Assembly (NCBI GenBank): GCA_000405225.1
Contig: ASMP01000002.1
Coordinates: 1,494-65,493 of the forward strand
DNA: 64,000 nucleotides
From: Nanoarchaeota archaeon SCGC AAA011-D5
Lineage (GTDB): Archaea > Nanobdellota > Nanobdellia > Pacearchaeales > GW2011-AR1
Reading direction: 5' to 3'
The notes beneath the pieces are model-generated. The model was not told the DNA's origin and ran no database searches. It worked only from the letters and a program-made list of their open reading frames with translations. A program made the position numbers and the translations under genes. Below are positions 36,454-45,727 of this stretch, piece after piece. Position 1 is the stretch's first letter. Every line of letters begins with the position of its first letter.

Positions 36454-38148
36454 TCACATTTCTTCTAAAGTTTCAATTCCCAGCAAAGCCAATGAATTTT
36501 TCAGAGCATGCATGAATGAATCAACAAGAGCCAGTCTAAAGGACTCTTCATGAGAACCTAAGACTTGACATGAGTGATAAAACTCATTGAAAATTTGGGC
36601 TAGTTGATAAGAATAATTTGCAATTAAAGAAGGGTTTAAAGTTATAAAGGTGTCGTAGGCAACTCTTGGAAACTGGGAGATTTTTTTTATTAACTCAATT
36701 TCCTTGTCAGAAAGGTCCGGAATTTCAATTTTAGAGATTTGAAGTTTAGAGTTTAGCTTTGCTTTTTTCGATTTTTTTAATATTGAATTTGCACGGGCAT
36801 AGCTGTAAAGTATGTACGGGCCCGTATCGCCATCAAAACTAAGTGCTTCGTTGGCATCAAAGTTAATGATTTTATTCGGTGAATTTTTCAGAATTTTGTA
36901 TTTTAATGCTGCGATTGCCACGGTTTCCGGGTTTCCTTTAGTTTTTCTCGCCTTTATTTCCTTCTTTGCTTTTGCTACCAAGTCGTCAAAAAAATCCTCG
37001 AGAAGAACAACGTCGCCTTTTCTCGTTGACATTTTCTTTGCGCCTTTTTTTGTGTTGAGCAAGATAAAAGAGTAATGGATGACTTCCGGAGAATCAAAGC
37101 CAAGCAATTTTAAAGTTTCTTTCAACTGCAAAAAGTAAAGTTTTTGGTCTTCGCCAAGAACAATTATGTTTTTCTTTGACAAACTTATCTTGTAAATTGT
37201 ATAGGCCAAATCTCTCAACGGATAAAGTCCTGTGCCGTCTGAGCGCGTTAACACGAGAACAGGGGATTTCATCATGCCTTTTAATTGCGTATCTGATTGA
37301 TCCAGGTAAAGCCTTCCATTTTTATCTTTCTTTAGCTTTCCTTTGGATTGAAGCTTTTTAAGAACATCCCTGGCTTCGTCTATGTAAGAAGACTCAAAAT
37401 CAAAGACATCATAACTTATTCCTATTTTTTTGAGAATTTCTGTCTGTCCTTTCAGGCAGGTTTTTGTAATTTTTTCGAATTTTTTAAGTGCTTCTTTATC
37501 TCCATTTTCAAATTTTTGCAATTCCAAAAAAACTTTCTTTTCAAGGGTTTTGGATTTTTCAACTTTTTTCGCAATCTCGATATATTTGTTAAGCATCTCA
37601 TCAAAACTTAAACGTTCGGCGCCTGCCACAACAAGCATTGCTATCTGTTTTGAAACATCATTAACGTAATAGTGTATTTCCGGCTTAAATCCAAAAAACT
37701 TCATAAGATTAACAATGCTGTCCCCAATTACTGCATTTCTCGCTCTTCCAACATGCGGAGAAGCATTTGGGTTTATTGACGTATGCTCAATAACTACCTT
37801 TTTCCCTTTTCCAAGGTTAACGCTTCCGAAACCATCTTTTTCCTTTGCAATGTCGGCTATAATTTGCCTTGCCAGATTGTTTCTGTTTATAAAAAAATTG
37901 ATGTATGGGCCTTTTGTTTGTATGTCTTCGAACATTTCAGGAGGAGATCCAATTTCCTCTCTTAATTCAATGGCAATTTGGGCCGCCTCATCGTGTAATC
38001 TTTCAGCAAGAAAAAAACATGGAAAAGCATAATCACCGAGTTCTGCCGAGGGCGGAATCTCTACAAAACTTGCAATTTCCTCCTCTGGCAAATCAACTTT
38101 CTTCTGCTTCAGGGCTTTTTTTAGCAGTTTTGCAATAGCATCTTTCAT
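36454..38148 (-). CDS. argS: arginyl-tRNA synthetase
   Basis: HTSINPNASPHVGRARNAVIGD. C-terminal anticodon-binding domain ending in the conserved terminal Met (..LGIETLEEM). Confidence 0.92.
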   Translation of the reverse strand: MKDAIAKLLKKALKQKKVDLPEEEIASFVEIPPSAELGDYAFPCFFLAERLHDEAAQIAIELREEIGSPPEMFEDIQTKGPYINFFINRNNLARQIIADIAKEKDGFGSVNLGKGKKVVIEHTSINPNASPHVGRARNAVIGDSIVNLMKFFGFKPEIHYYVNDVSKQIAMLVVAGAERLSFDEMLNKYIEIAKKVEKSKTLEKKVFLELQKFENGDKEALKKFEKITKTCLKGQTEILKKIGISYDVFDFESSYIDEARDVLKKLQSKGKLKKDKNGRLYLDQSDTQLKGMMKSPVLVLTRSDGTGLYPLRDLAYTIYKISLSKKNIIVLGEDQKLYFLQLKETLKLLGFDSPEVIHYSFILLNTKKGAKKMSTRKGDVVLLEDFFDDLVAKAKKEIKARKTKGNPETVAIAALKYKILKNSPNKIINFDANEALSFDGDTGPYILYSYARANSILKKSKKAKLNSKLQISKIEIPDLSDKEIELIKKISQFPRVAYDTFITLNPSLIANYSYQLAQIFNEFYHSCQVLGSHEESFRLALVDSFMHALKNSLALLGIETLEEM

Positions 38149-38261
38149 TCTTCAAAGAAGGAAAATAACTTAATAAAGATTTCTTGGAGGTGCGGAATCT
38201 TTGGTTCTGCTTTGGAAATAAGAAGTTTTTTAAGCCATGTGCCTTTTATTTTTTGCATGAG

Positions 38262-38345
38262 GGGGAGTGCTAGAGTGGCCAAATAGGCAGGACTTAAGAT
38301 CCTGTGGCTTAGTGCCTGCGCAGGTTCGAATCCTGTCTCCCCCAT
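38262..38345 (+). tRNA. tRNA-Leu (anticodon TAA)
   Basis: Acceptor GGGGGAG/CTCCCCC. Anticodon stem CAGGA/TCCTG with loop CTTAAGA. Long variable arm. T arm GCAGG-TTCGAAT-CCTGT. Discriminator A. GTTTTTTAAGCC box ~35 nt upstream, and T5 downstream. Coordinates +/-1. Confidence 0.85.
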
Positions 38346-38349
38346 TTTT

Positions 38350-39066
38350 ATGGGAAAAAACAGAGATGTCAGTGTATTGGCCATACTCCTTGTCTTATTA
38401 TTTATCATAAATTATCCGTTTTTGAACCGGCAGTTGGAGAATTTTCTTAATACAGACGAGGAAGTTCTCGTGGAAAGGATTATCGACGGAGACACCATAA
38501 AGGCAGAAAACAGAAACGAAAGCATAAGGCTCCTGGGAATCAACACGCCGGAGCGCGGGGAGATTTATTATGAAGAGGCCAGGCAATTTCTTGCTGGCGT
38601 TGTTTTAAACAAAACCGTGACATTGAAATTTGGAAAAGAAAGATACGATAAATACGGCAGAGCCCTTGCATATGTCTTCCTCAACGGAAAAAACATAAAT
38701 CTTGGGCTCGTGGAAAACGGATTTGCAAACTATTATTTTCCCTCCGGCAGGGATGCCTATTATAAAGAGTTTGCCGAAGCCTGGAGAGCATGTCTTGATA
38801 AGAATGTAAATCTGTGCGAGAAATCAGAGGACGTATGTTCCCGGTGCATAGAACTAAAAAATTTTAGCGCATTAAAAAATATCTGCTCTTTCTCTTGCGA
38901 TATAAATGGCTGGAAAATAAAGGCAGAGGGAAGAAACTACACCGAGTTTTTCACAACGCTTAGAAGTCAGGAAGAAACTCCATTCATCTTGGAACTAACC
39001 CCCGAAGGCGATACTGTTTTTCTCAGGGATGATAACGGGAAACTTGTTTTTTGGGAGGGATATTAA
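38350..39066 (+). CDS. membrane-anchored thermonuclease (staphylococcal nuclease fold) with a C-terminal Cys-containing beta-domain
   Basis: N-terminal TM VLAILLVLLFIINYPF. SNase motifs DGDTIK..IRLLGINTPE..YGRALAYV. The C-terminal ~90 aa is lamin-tail-like (guess). Confidence 0.8.
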   Translation: MGKNRDVSVLAILLVLLFIINYPFLNRQLENFLNTDEEVLVERIIDGDTIKAENRNESIRLLGINTPERGEIYYEEARQFLAGVVLNKTVTLKFGKERYDKYGRALAYVFLNGKNINLGLVENGFANYYFPSGRDAYYKEFAEAWRACLDKNVNLCEKSEDVCSRCIELKNFSALKNICSFSCDINGWKIKAEGRNYTEFFTTLRSQEETPFILELTPEGDTVFLRDDNGKLVFWEGY

Positions 39067-39228
39067 AGAAATCCTGTTGCGTAGCTTTAAATACAGTGAA
39101 AACCATCTTTTTTTATTGATAATTGTTGGAAATAGAGCTTGGAAACCAAGCCAGGCACACTATTTCTTCAACTCGGCTACGCTTAGACGAGTTCATCGGA
39201 CGAGTTAAATATAAGTTGACAAAACCAA

Positions 39229-40653
39229 ATGGAAAGTTTTAGAAAGTTAGGCTTGAGCGAACAGTTTTTAAAATTACTGGAAGAAGCCGGCTTCAGGAAA
39301 CCAAGTGAAATACAGGAGAAAGTAATCCCTTTGGTCTTAAATGGAAAAGACGTAATAGGGGGGAGTGCCACAGGCTCAGGAAAGACGCTTGCATTCGGAG
39401 CAGGCATCATAGAAAGAATCCGGAAAGATAAGGGATTGCAAGTCCTTATTCTGACTCCTACAAGAGAACTGGCAGAACAGGTTGGAGGCGTGTTTGCCAG
39501 ATTTTCCAGGTACAAGCAGCTGAATGTGGCAATTGTTTATGGAGGGGTAAACATAAAGCACCAGATAATAGATTTAAGAAATTCGGAAATTGTCGTAGGA
39601 ACTCCAGGAAGAATAATTGACCATATGGAAAGAGGAACTATAAATCTCTCGGATTTGAAGATCCTTGTCCTGGATGAAGCAGACAGAATGCTAGACATGG
39701 GTTTTGTGCACGATGTTGAAAAAATAATAAGGAATTGTCCAAAGGAAAGGCAAACCCTGTTGTTTTCTGCGACAATCTCCGGTGAAATAGGGCATATAGC
39801 AGGAAGGCACATGAAAAATCCAGAGACCATTTCCGTGGATTCCTATGTTGATCCCTCAAAGCTAAGGCAGGTTTATTATGATGTGCCAAAAAACCTGAAA
39901 TTTTCTCTCCTTGTGCACCTGCTCAAAAGAGAAAAACATGGCCTTGTTATGGTTTTCTGCAACACGAGGCATAATACAGATTTCATAGGAAGGAATCTTG
40001 AAAATCTTGGGATAGATGTTTTGGCAATACATGGCGGCCTGACACAACAGAAAAGAAACAGGATTATGGAGAAGTTCAACAAAAATAAAGTTTATGTCCT
40101 CGTATGCACAGACATTGCGGCCCGCGGCCTTGACATCAGTGGAATTTCCCATATTTACAACTATGACATTCCAAAAACAAGCAAGGATTACATTCACCGC
40201 ATTGGCCGCACGGCAAGAGCGGGAAAAGACGGCATTGCCATAAATATTCTTTCAGAAATGGATTATGACAACTTCGGCAATGTCCTTAAAGATCCTTCGC
40301 TGAACATAGAAAAAGCAGAAACCCCTGAGACTGAAACAGTAAGGATGATGCTTCCCAATCAACGTTTTCAGAAAAGGCAGAGATGGGATTCAGATGACTG
40401 GAAAAGCAGAAAATTCCACAGAGAACACCATGCCAGAAACCGTGAATGGACTGATGAAGGGCAGAGAGGGGAAAAGCAGAAAAGGGATGATCAAGGGAAT
40501 TTCATGGGCGGCAAAAGAAATTTCGGAAACAGGAGTGGCAGGGGAAATTTCGGTGGCAGGAGAGGAATACCCCAGCGAAGCGGAAATTTCAGAAGCCAGG
40601 GAAGGCGTCAGGGAAACCGTGCCAAGAGTTTTTCCAGACGGGGAAGGTTTTAG
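39229..40653 (+). CDS. DEAD-box RNA helicase with an Arg/Gly-rich C-terminal tail
   Basis: Q-motif region, GSATGSGKT, PTRELA, VLDEADRMLDMGF, SAT, HRIGRTARAG. Tail GNRSGRGNFGGRRG.. Confidence 0.92.
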   Translation: MESFRKLGLSEQFLKLLEEAGFRKPSEIQEKVIPLVLNGKDVIGGSATGSGKTLAFGAGIIERIRKDKGLQVLILTPTRELAEQVGGVFARFSRYKQLNVAIVYGGVNIKHQIIDLRNSEIVVGTPGRIIDHMERGTINLSDLKILVLDEADRMLDMGFVHDVEKIIRNCPKERQTLLFSATISGEIGHIAGRHMKNPETISVDSYVDPSKLRQVYYDVPKNLKFSLLVHLLKREKHGLVMVFCNTRHNTDFIGRNLENLGIDVLAIHGGLTQQKRNRIMEKFNKNKVYVLVCTDIAARGLDISGISHIYNYDIPKTSKDYIHRIGRTARAGKDGIAINILSEMDYDNFGNVLKDPSLNIEKAETPETETVRMMLPNQRFQKRQRWDSDDWKSRKFHREHHARNREWTDEGQRGEKQKRDDQGNFMGGKRNFGNRSGRGNFGGRRGIPQRSGNFRSQGRRQGNRAKSFSRRGRF

Positions 40654-40701
40654 AAAAAATCCTTAAAAGATTTTTAAATATGGAATTCTAAGTCTTAATT
40701 T

Positions 40702-42750
40702 ATGGGGAAACTAGAGTTTGACAGTAATGGGAAATTAATTAGGATTGATAAGGTTAGAAACTTAAAAATTGGAGACTATACTCTCAACAAAAAACAATAT
40801 CATGCCATTAAGAAAGAATTGAAAGATTCTTCATCTCTAGAGTTCCTAAAAGAAGATACCGGGCCAGGTGATATTCTTTCCAAAGATTATTGGAGCCTAT
40901 ATTTAGGAGAGCAAAGACTTGAGCCATTAAAATTTACGAATAAGAAAACTCAAGAAGATGTTGTAAGAGAGGTTGTAGAACTTTCAAAAGAGCATAAGGT
41001 TATTTTTATCCATGGAACTTGCGGTTCTGGAAAAAGCGCTATTGCATTGAACATCGGAAGAGTTTTAGGTAAATCTTCCATAGTTGTTCCTGTAAAGGCC
41101 TTGCAAAAACAGTATGAAGAAGACTACATAACAAAAAAATATCTTCGCAAAGCAGACGGAAAAAGAATGAAAATCGCCATGATAACCGGTAGAGATAACC
41201 ATGATTCAATAATTAATCCAGGCAAATCCTGTGCAGACCCCTTTCTTCCTGAAAACATAAAGATAACTGAAAAAAACTCTGAAAAAATTTTAGAATATGT
41301 TAAAGAAAATCCTTTTATTAACAACCCTGAGAATTTAACTTTAGAAAACGTAAGAAGGGTGACGATTGCAGTAGCTAATCCCTATTGGAGCCCTATTCTT
41401 CCTGCAAATTTTGAATTAAAATCTCTGACAGATGCCAAAAGAAGAAGATATAAGGGAGTAAATGGTCAAGAACATGTTTTTTATCATAGAAGAATGGGTT
41501 GCTCTTACTATGATCAGTATTTAGCTTATATGGATGCTGACGTCATAATGTTTAATTCTGCTAAATATAGGGCGGAGATGTCCTTAGGAAGAAAGCCCTT
41601 GACAGATGTAGATATCATTGATGAGGCAGATGAATTTTTAGATGAGTTTTTTCAGCAAGATGAATTAAATCTTACAAGATTGCTGGCTTCCTCAAGAGGT
41701 TTTTATCCTGAATCAGTTCACTCAAAAAAATCCCTGGAAAAGATAAAAAAATTGATTGAATTAGAAGAACAGAATAAGAAAGCTTTAGGAATTAAAGAGG
41801 ATCATGTTTTTCATATATCTGAAACAAAAATAAAAGACGTTTTGGAGGAGTTTAATTCAAGTTTGGATTTAGAATCTGAGATTACTTTAGATGAATTGAA
41901 TTATTTGAATAAAGCTGTTGAAACTGCCAGAACCTTTCAGCATTCATTAGACAAACTATACCTTACTTATAGGAAAGACGAAGAAGGCAATCTCCTGATA
42001 AAATTAGTTAGCACAGATATTTCAGGGAAATTTAAAGATCTTCTGGATAAAACCAATGTTTTGGTTTTTATGTCTGGAACATTGCATTCTGACAATATAA
42101 TAAAAAATATATTCGGGATACAGGATTTTAAGGTTGTTCAGGCAGAAGAATTAAATTTTGGCTCTACAGAAATTATTGCAACCGGAAGAGAATTTGACTG
42201 CAAATATTCAAATTTTTCTTCAAATAAACATTCCAGGAAAGATTATTTGATTGCCCTTTCAAAGTGCATGGAAACGGCAGAAAACCCTGTTTTAGTTCAC
42301 GTTAATGCGTTCAAAGACCTGCCATCAGAAGAAGAAATAAATTCTTTTGGGATAACTAACTTGGCAAGCTCTGAAAAACTGAAGAATGATCAGAGAGAGG
42401 ACAAAGAAGGTTTAGCTATCTCTAATTTTAAAAAAGGTTTCTCAAAATCATTATTTACCACGAAGTGCAGCAGGGGCATTGACTTTCCAGGAGAAATGTG
42501 CAATTCAATTGTCTTCACTAAATATCCCAATCCAAATGTTAGTGATACCTTCTGGAAAGTCCTCCAAAAAACCCATCCTGATTATTACTGGGAGTTTTAC
42601 AGGGACAAAGCCTGGCGGGGATTTCTCCAGAGGATTTACCGTGCTTTGCGTTCCCCCAACGACCATGTAAAAATCCTCTCTCCCGACATAAGAGTCTTGG
42701 ATTGCGCAAGAAAACTGCAGGGAGCAGAGATTGGCCTTATAGGATTTTAG
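40702..42750 (+). CDS. SF2 helicase of the XPD/Rad3/DinG type, lacking the 4-Cys Fe-S domain
   Basis: Walker A HGTCGSGKSA, DEAD-like IIDEADEFLD, FMSGTL, TKCSRGIDFPGE..IVFTKYPNP, RIYRALRSPND. Only one Cys lies between motifs Ia and II. Confidence 0.65.
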   Translation: MGKLEFDSNGKLIRIDKVRNLKIGDYTLNKKQYHAIKKELKDSSSLEFLKEDTGPGDILSKDYWSLYLGEQRLEPLKFTNKKTQEDVVREVVELSKEHKVIFIHGTCGSGKSAIALNIGRVLGKSSIVVPVKALQKQYEEDYITKKYLRKADGKRMKIAMITGRDNHDSIINPGKSCADPFLPENIKITEKNSEKILEYVKENPFINNPENLTLENVRRVTIAVANPYWSPILPANFELKSLTDAKRRRYKGVNGQEHVFYHRRMGCSYYDQYLAYMDADVIMFNSAKYRAEMSLGRKPLTDVDIIDEADEFLDEFFQQDELNLTRLLASSRGFYPESVHSKKSLEKIKKLIELEEQNKKALGIKEDHVFHISETKIKDVLEEFNSSLDLESEITLDELNYLNKAVETARTFQHSLDKLYLTYRKDEEGNLLIKLVSTDISGKFKDLLDKTNVLVFMSGTLHSDNIIKNIFGIQDFKVVQAEELNFGSTEIIATGREFDCKYSNFSSNKHSRKDYLIALSKCMETAENPVLVHVNAFKDLPSEEEINSFGITNLASSEKLKNDQREDKEGLAISNFKKGFSKSLFTTKCSRGIDFPGEMCNSIVFTKYPNPNVSDTFWKVLQKTHPDYYWEFYRDKAWRGFLQRIYRALRSPNDHVKILSPDIRVLDCARKLQGAEIGLIGF

Positions 42751-42773
42751 GAGGGGATTAACTATGGCTGTTT

Positions 42774-43172
42774 CTATACGAGTTCTTTTTTTATAGCTTC
42801 TGCCAATGGATAAAAACATGCATTTACAATAGATATGGCATCTTCTGCTTCTGCTTTTGAGGGTATATACCCATAATAATTGATATTATGGCGAATTTTT
42901 CTTAGCGTATCTATAAGTTTAATTGGTCTTTCTGTTTTTACCGGAATTGTTTCAAGTTCTCTTATCTGCTCAATGTGGTCTTTTGAGATAACTCCTTTTG
43001 CAACTAACTGGGCATCCCCAAGCATACGAAAACATTCATAGATATTCCTTATGATAGTAAAAGCGGATTCTTCATTAACTTCTAATCCCAAAGTATAACT
43101 AAGTTCGCGTTCTGCTGCGGTAATAATGCTTAGAGCATTCTTTTTATCCGGGCGTTTTGTATATTCGGTCAT
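42774..43172 (-). CDS. HEPN-domain protein (putative toxin of a HEPN/MNT pair)
   Basis: 132 aa helical protein with LRKIRHNINYYG (HEPN R..N..Y-type motif). 4-nt overlap with the upstream MNT gene. Confidence 0.7.
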   Translation of the reverse strand: MTEYTKRPDKKNALSIITAAERELSYTLGLEVNEESAFTIIRNIYECFRMLGDAQLVAKGVISKDHIEQIRELETIPVKTERPIKLIDTLRKIRHNINYYGYIPSKAEAEDAISIVNACFYPLAEAIKKELV

Positions 43173-43759
43173 GGCCTTACCTCTAAGAATCCATCAAGAA
43201 CAATGCCATTGGCGATATTTGCAAATAAATTCAGATCAATTTTATTCCTGGAAAATATATGCAAATTCACAGGGACATTTTTTCTATATCCCAATTGTTC
43301 AACAATCCCTAATTTTAATATTTTGATTTCGTGATTGTCTAAAGTTTCTACCGCAATGTCAATATCACTTTCATCAGTATCATCACCCCAACGATAACTT
43401 CCAAAAAGGATAGTTGCGCGTGCTTGTGGCACTGCCTTATGGACTGCATCTAAAATCCCTGATTCATAGATCATCTCAAGGTTGTAAGAAATTTTTTTTC
43501 GTATAAATAAAATATTTTTTAAATTGACTGATAGAATCCAAGCTCTCCCAATAATCTCTCTAAAAAGGATGTCTTGCGGTAACAAAGCCTCTACTGCCTG
43601 TTTTGTTGCTGTTTTAGATGAATTAATTGAATAGGCCAATTCTGTAAGTCCTATCTTAGTTCTCGGGAAAGCAGAGAACCATAATAAGCACTTTTGATAT
43701 GCCCGCTCAAGTTCTTCTCTCTTTGCTCCTCTTAATTTTTCTTTCATGTTATTGAACAT
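43169..43759 (-). CDS. minimal nucleotidyltransferase (MNT) with an N-terminal wHTH-like extension
   Basis: ILFGSYRWGDDTDESDIDIAVE (GSx10-ish DxD NTase motif). ~90-aa N-terminal extension. Confidence 0.75.
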   Translation of the reverse strand: MFNNMKEKLRGAKREELERAYQKCLLWFSAFPRTKIGLTELAYSINSSKTATKQAVEALLPQDILFREIIGRAWILSVNLKNILFIRKKISYNLEMIYESGILDAVHKAVPQARATILFGSYRWGDDTDESDIDIAVETLDNHEIKILKLGIVEQLGYRKNVPVNLHIFSRNKIDLNLFANIANGIVLDGFLEVRP

Positions 43760-43833
43760 TTTTAGAACTATTTAAACTTTTCTATTACCATAAAGATTTA
43801 TAAAAGTTCGTTTGAACTATTTTAGAACCATAT
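43752..43833. promoter_or_regulatory. two ~22-nt direct-repeat units (TTGAACWWTTTTAGAACYAT) flanking the TATA-like region of the MNT-HEPN operon
   Basis: ttgaacatttttagaactattt at 43752-43773 (overlaps the MNT start codon) and ttgaactattttagaaccatat at 43812-43833. AT-rich TTTATAAAAG lies between them. Confidence 0.4.
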
Positions 43834-44193
43834 AAGGGAAACCGTGCAAGGAGCTTTTCCAGAAGGAGATTGTTTTAGGAAAGGATTGCTGGTTCTATGT
43901 GAGAAGATATGGTTTTTTATAAAAAACCTTTTAAACCCCTCTTGTTAATTTCACCTATGGAAAAAAAGATGTGATAGAGAGGGCTTTCGTTGCAGGGGTA
44001 TCAACTGCCTTAAGCTACAAAGAAAGGCATCCGAATTCCAATGAATCGGAAGTCATGTCGCATGCCACGAAACAAATGAAAAAAATTATCAGGGAAATTC
44101 AGGAAGACAGCTAAGCAGCTGAGATTGTTTATCCTTGCTTTTTTTTCTTTTTTTCTCGACGACAAGGTATTTTATTTCTCTATTTTTGTGTAA

Positions 44194-44308
44194 GTTCATT
44201 GATTTTAAGTAATGACAAAGAGGGGTTTTTACCGACGATAATCTTTTTCTTCACTTAAAATAAGTAATGACAAAAACTATTTTCTCGACGACAACAATTC
44301 TTTTAAAA
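44194..44308 (+). promoter_or_regulatory. envelope-island promoter/operator cassette, copy 1 (distal + proximal units + TATA-like box)
   Basis: AATGACAAA(44211)-N13-CGACGATAAT, then AATGACAAA(44266)-N11-CGACGACAAC-N4-CTTTTAAA(44300). ATG of the LmbE gene is at 44344. An extra partial CTCGACGACAAGG lies at ~44154. Confidence 0.6.
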
Positions 44309-44343
44309 TCTCAATTCTTCAGTGATAATAAATTTAAGGTGAA

Positions 44344-44973
44344 ATGAAACAAAATATATTAGCTGTGGGAGCGCATCCTGATGATATTGAGCTTGGATGC
44401 GGGGGAACTGTTGCAAAGCATCTAGAGCTAGGAGACAGCATTTATGTGATAATTATGACCAATGGGGAAAACGGAAATCACCCTTCAGATAAATCAGAAT
44501 GCTTGAAGTCGCTTAAAAAGATGGGGATAAAAAAAGAGAATATTATTTTTGGAAATTTTCCTGACGGAGATTTAAGCGATGATAACGGAACTGTAAGCTT
44601 TATCGAAAACCAAATAAAAAAATTTAATATAACAAAGGTTTACACACATAATCCAAATGATAGGCACCAGGATCATAGAAACTGCAGCAATGCCGTGTCC
44701 TCTGCAGCAAGAGATATACCTGAAATTTTATTTTTTGAAGGGCCTTCAACAAAGGTTTCTTTTGAGCCACACTATTTTGTTGAAATATCTGAAAAAAATC
44801 TAAAGAAAAAAATAGATTCGTTGAAGGCTTATAAAACTCAGCTTGCAAAAAATAGCATATTGAATTTAGAATGGGTAAAAAATCTTGCAAAAGTTAATGG
44901 AATGAGATGCAATTCTAAATATTCCGAGGCTTTTGAAATAAATCATATTCTCAAAGAAGGGAAAAATGTCTGA
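44344..44973 (+). CDS. PIG-L/LmbE-family N-acetylglucosaminyl deacetylase
   Basis: AVGAHPDDIELGCGGT and HQDHRN metal-site motifs. Confidence 0.85.
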   Translation: MKQNILAVGAHPDDIELGCGGTVAKHLELGDSIYVIIMTNGENGNHPSDKSECLKSLKKMGIKKENIIFGNFPDGDLSDDNGTVSFIENQIKKFNITKVYTHNPNDRHQDHRNCSNAVSSAARDIPEILFFEGPSTKVSFEPHYFVEISEKNLKKKIDSLKAYKTQLAKNSILNLEWVKNLAKVNGMRCNSKYSEAFEINHILKEGKNV

Positions 44974-45721
44974 AGTAGTAATATCTGCCCATCAACCTAA
45001 TTTTATTCCGTATCTTGGATTTTTTGACAAAATGAAAAAATCAGACATATTTGTTATAAGGGACGATGTGCTATTTTCTTCCGGCAGCGATAGTTTTCAG
45101 CATAGGAACAAAATAAGAATTAACGGGAACAACAACCTTGAAAGTCCGCAATGGAAATGGCTGACATTGCCTATAGAAAAAAAAGGCGATTTAATAAAAA
45201 ATATCAGAATTAAAAGAAATACCCTAAAAAAAAAGGATGACTACAGAAATTCTAAATTTTTCAATGAATATTTCCCTGTATTTGAGCGTATTTTTGACAA
45301 TAGCGATGAGACTCTTTTATCATTGAATATGAAGATTATCAATTTTTTAAAAAAGATTTTTGGGATTGACACAAAAATTGTTTTCGCAAGCTCTTTAGAA
45401 TTGAAATATGGTAAAGATGAAGAAAAAAATGCGTCTGAAGATTTAGCCAAAATATGTGAAGCGTTGGGGGGAAATGTATATCTTTCTGGCTCTGGTGCCA
45501 AGAATTACTTGGATATTGAACCTTTTAGAATGAGAGGAATCAAAGTAATTTTTCAAGATTACAAGCATCCGGTTTATAAACAAAATTATCCCAGATTTTT
45601 ACCAAATTTATCCTCCATTGATGGGCTATTTTGTGCCGGAAGAAAGATTTTGGCGGATATAAATAGATACAAAGAAGAAATCACGAATAAATACAAAGAA
45701 GAAATACTTGTAGGAGCTTAA
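44966..45721 (+). CDS. WbqC-family protein (polysaccharide-locus protein of unknown function)
   Basis: ISAHQPNFIPYLGFFDKMKKSDIFVIRDDV N-terminal signature. 8-nt overlap with the upstream gene. Confidence 0.72.
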   Translation: MSEVVISAHQPNFIPYLGFFDKMKKSDIFVIRDDVLFSSGSDSFQHRNKIRINGNNNLESPQWKWLTLPIEKKGDLIKNIRIKRNTLKKKDDYRNSKFFNEYFPVFERIFDNSDETLLSLNMKIINFLKKIFGIDTKIVFASSLELKYGKDEEKNASEDLAKICEALGGNVYLSGSGAKNYLDIEPFRMRGIKVIFQDYKHPVYKQNYPRFLPNLSSIDGLFCAGRKILADINRYKEEITNKYKEEILVGA

Positions 45722-45727
45722 TTTAAA

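Noticed and set aside
38145-38408. 87-aa minus-strand ORF from the track.
   Set aside because: It spans the tRNA-Leu(TAA) gene in antisense (the translation contains ..GETGFEPAQ.., a typical reverse-tRNA peptide). It also overlaps the argS start.
39185-39206. Direct repeat GACGAGTT-N5-GACGAGTT just upstream of the DEAD-box helicase gene.
   Set aside because: It is a single short 8-mer pair with no further copies in the window. It could be a regulator site but cannot be distinguished from chance.
43957-44114. Small ORF (GTG 43971 to TAA 44114, 47 aa: VIERAFVAGVSTALSYKERHPNSNESEVMSHATKQMKKIIREIQEDS). It is preceded by an out-of-frame ATG and an A7 run, considered as a possible frameshift site.
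   Set aside because: It is below a reliable size, starts only at a non-ATG codon, has no recognisable family and has no SD. The frameshift idea rests solely on a homopolymer that I cannot count reliably by eye.
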